Origin: a virus
DNA: 64,000 bases
Virus record (IMG/VR): IMGVR_UViG_3300042878_001497
Location: 109,416-173,415 of that record
Reading direction: 5' to 3' (one strand)
The notes under the pieces are model-generated. The model ran no database searches, was not told where the DNA came from, and worked only from the letters and a program-made list of their open reading frames with translations. The position numbers and the translations under genes are program-made. This document shows positions 56,503-64,000 of this stretch, in pieces. Positions within the stretch are counted from its first letter, which is position 1, and the number at the start of each line of letters is the position of its first letter.

Positions 56503-57758
56503 TGGCACAACCTAAAAAAAGAGTGCCCGTACCAAAGACTCAATCAGAGTTAACGCGTGAACAAATCGTTCCTTATGACGCGTTGAAGGGTGCTGTGCCT
56601 GCTTCAAGTAAATCTAAAAGAGAGAATCAAATCTCACTTAAAGACGATACGGTAAAATTACCAGTTGTTGGCTTTAAGGATATGGATGAAGCAATCATCT
56701 ACTACTTTAACAATGTAATCAAACCTTCAGTAATTCAGAACGGTAACAAAGTAGACGTACCGGTTCTTTACGGATCTCCTGAAAGATGGTCATCCGTTCA
56801 AGCTGGAGGATTTTATAGAGATAAGAACGGTAAGATTCAAGTACCGTTAATTATGTTTAAGAAGAGTAATATTGAAAAGAATAGAACTCTAGGAAACAAG
56901 TTAGACGGTAACGAAGTTAACAACTTTGTAATTTACGAGAAGAAATACTCTAAGAGAAATATCTACGATAGATTCTCAGTTCTATCAAACAGAAATCCTT
57001 CTCAGGAACTATACGGAGTAGTAGTACCGGACTACGTTACCATCACCTACCAGTGCATTATGTTTACCGACTACGTAGAGCAGTGTGATAAGCTGATTGA
57101 AGCTCTGAACTTTGCCTCGGATTCATATTGGGGGGATAAAGACCGTTACCGCTTTAGAGCGATGATCGACTCCTACACCCCTACTGTAGAAGTACTACAG
57201 GGTCAGGATAGGGGAGTTAAAGCTACATTTAGCATAAAGTTAAATGGATATATAATTACAGATACGTATAATAGAGATAAGGCCAACCTTAAGAAATTTT
57301 ATTCAAAATCCCAGCTTCTGTTCAGCACAGAGACTGTTACTGATGTGACGGGTACGGAAGTACAGTCACAATCGTTTACTAATAAGGGAGCGGTAAGATT
57401 CTACGACGGACAGCTTAACTCAACTCAGTTAGTATCAGAAATCGTAGCAGGTATGACAGCAGCAGAAATAGTTTACGTTTCATTAAGGAACGCAGGAATC
57501 GCCACCACCAAGTCGGGCGGCACTGCTACATTTACGGGTAGAACTATTGCAACTCCGCCTCCAGGCTTTGCTGCAATCACTACTAAGGACTTTGAAGTTT
57601 ATGTAAACGGTAGAAGAGTTCCGGATTCTCAGATCACCTCAGTTACTCAAGTAAGTGTTAATATTGAAGTACTACTCGATGTTGCAGGATTCTTTGAGCA
57701 AGCTGGTGCAGTTTTAGAGGCAGCAGACGAAGTTCTACTTATAGGTAAGTTTAATTAA
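56502..57758 (+). CDS. gp15: tail terminator/sheath stabiliser (gp15-like) with C-terminal extension
   Basis: VPVLYGSPERW, PLIMFK, PDYVTITY; position after gp14. Confidence 0.7.
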   Translation: MAQPKKRVPVPKTQSELTREQIVPYDALKGAVPASSKSKRENQISLKDDTVKLPVVGFKDMDEAIIYYFNNVIKPSVIQNGNKVDVPVLYGSPERWSSVQAGGFYRDKNGKIQVPLIMFKKSNIEKNRTLGNKLDGNEVNNFVIYEKKYSKRNIYDRFSVLSNRNPSQELYGVVVPDYVTITYQCIMFTDYVEQCDKLIEALNFASDSYWGDKDRYRFRAMIDSYTPTVEVLQGQDRGVKATFSIKLNGYIITDTYNRDKANLKKFYSKSQLLFSTETVTDVTGTEVQSQSFTNKGAVRFYDGQLNSTQLVSEIVAGMTAAEIVYVSLRNAGIATTKSGGTATFTGRTIATPPPGFAAITTKDFEVYVNGRRVPDSQITSVTQVSVNIEVLLDVAGFFEQAGAVLEAADEVLLIGKFN

Positions 57759-57759
57759 G

Positions 57760-58014
57760 ATGTCTAGAGTTAGGTTAAGAGAATTAGATCCATCAGGATC
57801 GTTAAACATAACAGGATCCTTCTCAGTTCAAGGGCAAACCACGCTATACCAAACAACAGCAGCCCAGAGCGCTTTGATAGTCTCAGGAGCTATAGAGATC
57901 GTAAAAGCAGAGATTCAATCCCAAGTAGTTTCTGCTAGTTTAACAATTCAAAACCTGGGTACTCTTGCAGATCGAAGTAGTAATGCTAATTTAGATTTAG
58001 GAGGTTTTTATTGA
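57760..58014 (+). CDS. short fibre/adaptor protein
   Basis: Beta-repeat composition; ends LDLGGFY. Confidence 0.5.
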   Translation: MSRVRLRELDPSGSLNITGSFSVQGQTTLYQTTAAQSALIVSGAIEIVKAEIQSQVVSASLTIQNLGTLADRSSNANLDLGGFY

Positions 58015-58048
58015 TATTTATATAAAGACTCAAACAACAACGTAGAGA

Positions 58049-60013
58049 ATGGCACAAAAAATATTAATTAGGAGAGGTAGTATAGGCAATCTAGGGACTA
58101 CTATCGCCGTATCAAAAGGAGAATTACTTTTTGCTACAGGCAGTAATAGTGGAATCGAGAACGTAGTATTCGTCGGTAATGCAGACGGTAACAATACCTT
58201 TACTCCTATAAACAAGCTCTACACAGGTACTGCTTTAGCGAGTTCTTTTATTAACACCCTCAACGGGCTACCATATTACAAGACTGACTCCCAAGCCCTC
58301 TTTATTCTTAATAACGCCGGCAGTACTGCATTAGACCTTTCAGGTAACTTAGAAGGTACTACGATCTCAAGTATTATTGCTTCAGGCTCATTTAGCGGAT
58401 CATTTACCGGTAATGGTTCAGCATTAACGAACCTTTCTCTAGCAAGTATTACAGCACCAGGTAATACCACTGAAGTACTTTTTAACAACGCCGGAGCAGT
58501 TGCAGCAACAAGTAACTTAAAGGTTACTGCAACAGCTTTAGATGCTACAACTTTAAATATTAACACAACCGGTAACATTTCCGGTTCTAATTTAAAGTTG
58601 ACAGGAAATGCTGACATTAGCGGTAACGTAGTTATCGGAGGTAACATCACAGTAGGTGATGCTACAACAGACTTTGTAAACTTTGGAGCTGAAATTTCTT
58701 CATCGTTTGTACCTGACGTTGATAGTGCATTTGACCTAGGTAGCACTACCAAATACTGGAAGACAGTTTACGCTGACAACTTCAGCGGTTCAGCAGGATC
58801 AGCTGCTTCTGTAGACTTTTTAAATGTCGGTGTACTTGCATCTGCTTCTGCTCTATACGTAGATAACAGTGCCGTCATTCAGGACAACCTAACAATCGGA
58901 GCTATCACTACTGCCCTAGACCTATACGTAGGTACAGGCGGTAGTATAGGTACCTTCCAGATGGGTACCGGTAATACTGAGAAATTCTTAGTAAAGTCCG
59001 ACACAGGTAACACTAAGATCGCCGGCACTTTAATCTTAACAGGCTCAGCTGTACTAGGAAGCTCGTTAACAGTAGCGGGTACAACAACCCTTAATGGAAA
59101 TGTAAACCTAGGTGATGCTGCAACAGATGTTGTAACTTACAAAGCAGATGTAAGCTCTAGTATTATACCTTCAGCTAATAATGCCTTCGATCTTGGTGCT
59201 TCTTCTGATAAGTGGAGAGTTGGCTACTTCGTAAGTGCATCTATCGATAGCTTAACTATTGGTGGTATCAATCCAGCTTCATTACCTCTAGACGATATCA
59301 TGAACAACGGTAATTCTACCGATAATGATTTCGTCTTAAATAATAACGGCAACCAATCCATCACCCACACCGGAGCAACTGGTAATCTTTCAATTGCTTC
59401 AACCAACGGAGACGTTTACGTAGAAGGTACTCGCTTTACAGGCAACGATGTAATTGTTGCAGGAAACCTCACTGTAACAGGCACCCAGACAATTGTCAAC
59501 TCAACTACTGTTGAGATTGGAGATAATATCATCGTACTAAACGCAGCAGGTGTTGCAGCAGACGGCGGTATCGTAGTAAGAGACGCATTAGGAGCACAGC
59601 TACTTTCAGGTTCATTGCTCTGGAATGCAACAGACGACTACTGGTATGCAGGTCTTAGCGGATCTACTCAATACAGGTTAACTACCTACGATAACGCCTC
59701 TCCTGCTGCCAACAGCATTCAGAAAGTAGACAGTAACAAAAGATTAGTAGCATCAATCATTACCGACAACGGCAGTACTGTAACTGTAGCAGGTACTGTT
59801 AGCGGTAGCGTCGTAAATGCTGCAACAGGTATTACAGCAGTAGGACTTCAAGGAGTAATCGATACATCTTCTAGAGTAATTTTTAGAGACGGATCAAACA
59901 GATTAGGAGCTCTCGCCAATACAGACTCAGCTGTTGAAGTATCAACACTAGTCGGATACAAAGCAGACGGAACATTTGTAGCAACTTCGGTAATCGACGG
60001 AGGAACGTTCTAA
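58049..60013 (+). CDS. tail/neck fibre protein
   Basis: N-terminus ILIRRG...GEL; repeated (F/I)(V/I)P..D/N.AFDLG(S/A)S/T..K.W modules; ends IDGGTF. Confidence 0.75.
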   Translation: MAQKILIRRGSIGNLGTTIAVSKGELLFATGSNSGIENVVFVGNADGNNTFTPINKLYTGTALASSFINTLNGLPYYKTDSQALFILNNAGSTALDLSGNLEGTTISSIIASGSFSGSFTGNGSALTNLSLASITAPGNTTEVLFNNAGAVAATSNLKVTATALDATTLNINTTGNISGSNLKLTGNADISGNVVIGGNITVGDATTDFVNFGAEISSSFVPDVDSAFDLGSTTKYWKTVYADNFSGSAGSAASVDFLNVGVLASASALYVDNSAVIQDNLTIGAITTALDLYVGTGGSIGTFQMGTGNTEKFLVKSDTGNTKIAGTLILTGSAVLGSSLTVAGTTTLNGNVNLGDAATDVVTYKADVSSSIIPSANNAFDLGASSDKWRVGYFVSASIDSLTIGGINPASLPLDDIMNNGNSTDNDFVLNNNGNQSITHTGATGNLSIASTNGDVYVEGTRFTGNDVIVAGNLTVTGTQTIVNSTTVEIGDNIIVLNAAGVAADGGIVVRDALGAQLLSGSLLWNATDDYWYAGLSGSTQYRLTTYDNASPAANSIQKVDSNKRLVASIITDNGSTVTVAGTVSGSVVNAATGITAVGLQGVIDTSSRVIFRDGSNRLGALANTDSAVEVSTLVGYKADGTFVATSVIDGGTF

Positions 60014-60034
60014 AAGACTCATATATAGATTAGG

Positions 60035-60052
60035 AGCCGGCAACAGCCGGCT
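60035..60052 (+). terminator. hairpin after fibre gene (terminator or processing site)
   Basis: AGCCGGC-AACA-GCCGGCT with a short T tract. Confidence 0.5.
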
Positions 60053-60115
60053 TTCCTATTTATAATAGTCTACATAGACATTTTCCGGTTTATACCTTAA
60101 AAAAGTTCCATACAT

Positions 60116-63100
60116 ATGGCCCAACAAATCAAACTCAAAAGGTCGGCGATAGCCGGTAAAGTACCTTCAACAGGCTCGTTATCCACAGGAGAGCTTGCAA
60201 TTAATACTGTTGACGGTAAAGTATACTTTAAGCGAGATGATGATACTATTCAAACTATCGTCACTACTAATGCTGTAATAACGGGTAGCTTAAATATCAA
60301 CGGGCCAGTAACAGCTTCATTTTTTAAAGGTAACGGAAGTGCAATCACAGGAGTAGTTTCTTCTTCCTATACGGCAACAGCATCATACGTAAACCCTCTA
60401 GATCAGACAGTACAGGTAACAGGAGGAATAAGTGCTTCTCAAGACAGTTACTTTAACTTAATTAAGATCGGCAGACCTGCCAATCAGTCTGCAGGCAACC
60501 TAACCAGTCTTGCAATCGGACACCAGACACTTGGGAGTAATGCAATGCCAAACCCAGGAAGTATTGCTATCGGCTACCAGGCTCTACGTAACAGCACTGC
60601 AGGATACTTGAATGTTGCTGTAGGTAACAACGCTTTAGACTCCTTAACATCCGGTAGCAGTAATACCGCTGTAGGTCATACTGCTCTAGGAGGATTAGAT
60701 AATATAGGTGCCTCTGAATTTAATGCCTGGAATAGTGCTCTAGGCCGCCATAGTCTACAGACCCTTAATATGGGTGGATATAATGCAGGATTAGGAGCCT
60801 ATGCAGGCTACTACCTGTACTCTGGGAGTAATAACGTACTGCTAGGATATCGAGCAGGCGGTACCGCTCAATACTCTTCTGATAGCGTCTTTATCGGAAC
60901 AGGAGCAGGACCTATCGGAGGACTTGTTACTGTATCTAACAAACTCTACATACACAACACAGGCAGTAACCAGCCTCTACTTTACGGTGAGTTTGACAAT
61001 CAGCTTTTAAAAGTCTACGGAGATTTGCATGTATCTGAGAGCTTAACAGTAACCGGTAGCTTAAATACTAATGGTTCGATCACAGGTTCAGATGTTAGAA
61101 TTGACCAATGGGGGTCAGTATCAGCTTCTCTATCCAGTGTAAGCTCTCAAGCAGCCGTAGTACCGACTTTACAACAAGTCACCACTCAAGGAAATACTAC
61201 AACCACCTCTATTACTGCAGCATCGTTTACAGGTTCGTTGTTCGGTACAGCATCGCTTGCTTTAAATGCACTTTCATCATCCTACGCACTTTCAGCATCT
61301 TATGCTCTTACAGCATCCCATGCTGCGAACCTAACCATCTCAGGAAGCATAGCCAATGTAAACTATATTGACTTTAATACAGGATCCGCAACCCCTGCTT
61401 GGAAATCAGGTAGAGTATTTTGGGATAACACAGATGGAGCTTTATCAGTTTATAATGCTGAAGCAGATATTACATTACAAGTAGGACAGGAAAACTGGAC
61501 AAGAGTTTTTAATGCCAGCGGGGTATTAATACAAGATGGTACTCCAGTAAGACTTGTAGGATCTCACGGAGACGTTCCTGAAATACAGCTAGCACAAGCT
61601 ATTGCAGTATCAGGAAGTGTAGAAACAAGTAATCAAATACTAGGTCTTGCTACTCATGATATTGAGATAAACACTATAGGATATGTCACCACTGAGGGAC
61701 TTGTTAAAGGATTAAATACAAATGCGTTTAGCGATGGGGATAGGTTATTTGTATCATCATCAGCAGGTAAACTTACCAAAGTAGCTCCTCCGGCTCCTTA
61801 TGAGGTAATCCCAGTAGGAATTGTTGTTAAAGCGGGCCCCGGTGGAAGTGGTATTATATACGTAACTACAGAACAACCAAAAGACTTTGCAGACCTAAGC
61901 TCAGTTAGAGTAGAGGGAGCGTATACTCACGGAGACCTGCTAATCTACAGCGGAAGTGGAACCGGAGGGGTATGGCGTCACACCCGTAATCTGATTGGAG
62001 CCTACCAACTCACCGGTAGCTTAGGGATAAATGGAACCCTAACAGGAAACCTTACCGGCAATGCTTCTACAGCCACCACTGCATCTTATGCCTTAAAAGC
62101 CGAGTCAGTAGGGCAGCTAAATCAGAACGTAGTAATAAACGGGAATCTTCAAGTATTCGGAACTTCGTCACTTACCTACGTAACCTCCTCACAGTTAAAC
62201 GTCGCAGCCTCGTTCATTTCTGTAAACATATTTGAACCTGCAGAAAGATTCGGAGGATTAAAAGTATACGATTCAGGATCTCTATCCCACCAGGCTACAG
62301 CATCTCTTGCTTGGGACTCACTGCACAACCACTGGGTATATCAGAATGTAAGCGGGTCTACGTATACCGGAGGTATGCTACTAGCTGGCCCCAGAAACAC
62401 AGGATCACTAGGTGATGAACCTAACCTTACAAAATGGTTTGTCCCAAGGTCTGATGGCGGAGATCACTTAAACGATTCTCAAATCTTTACAAGCGGATCT
62501 ACAACCATTATTACGGGTTCACTAACCACTACCGGAAAAGTAAACATTAATACGGTGGATAACTTCGGTTCAGATCCGGATAAGTTCCTAGCACTTACGG
62601 GTGCAGAAGTAGTCTACAGAACTGGTGCACAGCTACTCTCTGATATCGGAGGTCAAACCGCCGGTACATTTGTACAGAATGCCGGCAGTGGAGGTGTAGC
62701 TCGTTACATCATGCGCTATGAAGATTCAAACAGTGCAACTACTTCTTCGATTTATGAAGATACTTCCGGCAATATAGGTATCAAAAAGATTACTCCGTCA
62801 GCAGCTATAGATGTTAATGGAAGTGCAATAGTTTCAGGCTCATTAACCATTCAAGGTACTACAGCAGTTGTACAGCAAGGCATTCTAGTAAGCGGAACTA
62901 CTTCACTCACCGTTACATCTATCAGCACAGGTTCTTACGAAGGAGCATTCCTGGACTATGTAATCGCTAGCGGGAGTAACAAACGTGCAGGTACTTTAGC
63001 TACAGTCTGGACTCCTTTAGACATTGAATGGAATGATGTATCTACCTTAGACCTAGGAAGTACTGTAGGTGCAGAATTTACTCCGACTCTTGCCGGATCT

Positions 63101-63169
63101 AACGCAAATCTGATATTAGCAGTACCGGCCGGCACCTGGACAGTAAAAGGACACCTAAGATATATGTAA
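60116..63169 (+). CDS. long tail fibre protein
   Basis: MAQQIKLKRS...GELAINTVDGKVYF N-terminal attachment domain; YadA-like N.A(V/I/L)G..AL beta-roll repeats. Confidence 0.8.
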   Translation: MAQQIKLKRSAIAGKVPSTGSLSTGELAINTVDGKVYFKRDDDTIQTIVTTNAVITGSLNINGPVTASFFKGNGSAITGVVSSSYTATASYVNPLDQTVQVTGGISASQDSYFNLIKIGRPANQSAGNLTSLAIGHQTLGSNAMPNPGSIAIGYQALRNSTAGYLNVAVGNNALDSLTSGSSNTAVGHTALGGLDNIGASEFNAWNSALGRHSLQTLNMGGYNAGLGAYAGYYLYSGSNNVLLGYRAGGTAQYSSDSVFIGTGAGPIGGLVTVSNKLYIHNTGSNQPLLYGEFDNQLLKVYGDLHVSESLTVTGSLNTNGSITGSDVRIDQWGSVSASLSSVSSQAAVVPTLQQVTTQGNTTTTSITAASFTGSLFGTASLALNALSSSYALSASYALTASHAANLTISGSIANVNYIDFNTGSATPAWKSGRVFWDNTDGALSVYNAEADITLQVGQENWTRVFNASGVLIQDGTPVRLVGSHGDVPEIQLAQAIAVSGSVETSNQILGLATHDIEINTIGYVTTEGLVKGLNTNAFSDGDRLFVSSSAGKLTKVAPPAPYEVIPVGIVVKAGPGGSGIIYVTTEQPKDFADLSSVRVEGAYTHGDLLIYSGSGTGGVWRHTRNLIGAYQLTGSLGINGTLTGNLTGNASTATTASYALKAESVGQLNQNVVINGNLQVFGTSSLTYVTSSQLNVAASFISVNIFEPAERFGGLKVYDSGSLSHQATASLAWDSLHNHWVYQNVSGSTYTGGMLLAGPRNTGSLGDEPNLTKWFVPRSDGGDHLNDSQIFTSGSTTIITGSLTTTGKVNINTVDNFGSDPDKFLALTGAEVVYRTGAQLLSDIGGQTAGTFVQNAGSGGVARYIMRYEDSNSATTSSIYEDTSGNIGIKKITPSAAIDVNGSAIVSGSLTIQGTTAVVQQGILVSGTTSLTVTSISTGSYEGAFLDYVIASGSNKRAGTLATVWTPLDIEWNDVSTLDLGSTVGAEFTPTLAGSNANLILAVPAGTWTVKGHLRYM

Positions 63170-63229
63170 CCTATTTATTAGTATAATTTTCTAATACCGT
63201 CCTTTGGAAAGTGAAAAAGGATCAAAACT

Positions 63230-64000
63230 ATGGCAGATAAAAAGTTTGTTGCCCGTAACGGGTTTGTGTCCAAAGGGGACTCAAGCGTAACAGGTAGTTT
63301 TGCTGTTACTGGAAGTATTGCAGTAACACAAGTTACTACCGATAATGCGCTAACAGACTTTATTGTACTTGCCGCGGACGGTACGCTAAAGAAAAGAACT
63401 TCAGGTGCTCAAGGTATACAGGGTACTCAGGGTATAACCGGAACTCAAGGTACAACCGGAACTCAAGGTATTCAAGGCATCACCGGAACTCAAGGAATTC
63501 AAGGTATCACCGGAACTCAAGGAACCACTGGAACTCAAGGTATCCAAGGTATTACAGGAACCCAAGGCACACAAGGTACAACCGGTAATCAAGGCATTCA
63601 AGGTATTACAGGCACTCAAGGTACAACCGGAACTCAAGGTACTAATGGTACTCAAGGTATACAGGGTATCACTGGAGCTCAAGGTACAACCGGAACACAA
63701 GGTACTCAAGGTACTAACGGTACTCAGGGTATACAAGGTATCACCGGAGCTCAAGGCGTACAAGGCACCACCGGAACTCAAGGTACTGATGGTACTCAGG
63801 GTATACAAGGTATCACTGGAGCTCAAGGTATCACCGGAACTCAAGGTACTCAAGGCACAACCGGTAATCAAGGTATTCAAGGAATAACCGGCACCCAGGG
63901 TACTACAGGTACCCAAGGAATTCAAGGCATTACCGGCACCCAGGGTACTACAGGTACCCAAGGAATTCAAGGCATTACCGGCACCCAGGGTACTACAGGT
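63230..64000 (+). CDS. collagen-like fibre protein (3'-truncated by window; missing from + ORF track)
   Basis: ATG at 63230: MADKKFVARNG...SGAQGIQGTQGITGTQGTTG..., uninterrupted Gly-X-(Gln/Thr) triplets from about 63404 to the window end. Confidence 0.9.
   Translation, partial: MADKKFVARNGFVSKGDSSVTGSFAVTGSIAVTQVTTDNALTDFIVLAADGTLKKRTSGAQGIQGTQGITGTQGTTGTQGIQGITGTQGIQGITGTQGTTGTQGIQGITGTQGTQGTTGNQGIQGITGTQGTTGTQGTNGTQGIQGITGAQGTTGTQGTQGTNGTQGIQGITGAQGVQGTTGTQGTDGTQGIQGITGAQGITGTQGTQGTTGNQGIQGITGTQGTTGTQGIQGITGTQGTTGTQGIQGITGTQGTTG

Larger units (their letters stand above)
10031..63179 (+). promoter_or_regulatory. late promoter motif (C)TATTTAT(A/T), 18 copies
   Basis: At 10031, 13824, 16444, 19111, 25348, 30704, 35617, 36772, 38300, 43417, 45323, 48578, 51687, 52417, 54549, 58015, 60057 and 63172, nearly all intergenic and just upstream of structural or late genes. 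Confidence 0.85.

Noticed and set aside
1-64000. Stop-codon reassignment (as in some Bacteroidota phages)
   Set aside because: Core genes are full length in the standard code, and TAA, TAG and TGA all occur as stops directly before promoters or overlapping starts.
1-64000. tRNA, rRNA, integrase, transposase, reverse transcriptase/DGR
   Set aside because: No cloverleaf or T-loop signature and no recognisable catalytic motifs were seen by eye; tRNAscan-SE and HMM searches would be needed to exclude them fully.

Overview
This is a 64-kb slice of a large lytic, distantly T4-like myophage genome, almost entirely + strand and in the standard genetic code. The host is most plausibly Bacteroidota: about 21 promoters read GTTG-N20-TA(T/C)(C/A)TT(T/A)(A/G), close to the Bacteroidota -33/-7 consensus, and leaders are A-rich with no Shine-Dalgarno site. 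Layout: (1) 1-12 kb, small early genes each in its own promoter cassette, plus a repeat-rich origin/terminus-like locus at 3.75-4.7 kb; (2) 12-14 kb, an HD hydrolase and a gp55-like late sigma factor; (3) 14-28 kb, baseplate genes; (4) 28-41 kb, primase, exonuclease and a block of late-expressed accessory proteins; (5) 41.8-51.6 kb, the head module (TerL, portal, protease, scaffold, MCP); (6) 51.7-64 kb, PhoH, neck and tail-terminator genes, and fibre/collagen-like proteins. Late genes share a TATTTAT(A/T) promoter motif (18 copies). The best candidate for an undescribed system is a set of putative head-packaged cargo proteins. Many share an N-terminal MKL..L[L/I]xE leader resembling the MCP N-terminus and the T4 capsid-targeting/gp21 cleavage signal; these include a kinase, a HAD nucleotidase, a PD-(D/E)xK-like nuclease and a Cys-rich protein. 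In the same block is a tandem nucleotidyltransferase operon whose second gene looks like an NTase + HxGH transferase + 2x HExxH polyprotein with LxE linkers. Also notable are a small membrane-protein gene whose 5' and 3' UTRs form a G.U-supported duplex, and a pervasive [ST]-[GAS]-S motif in virion proteins. All calls come from reading motifs by eye; no database searches were run.
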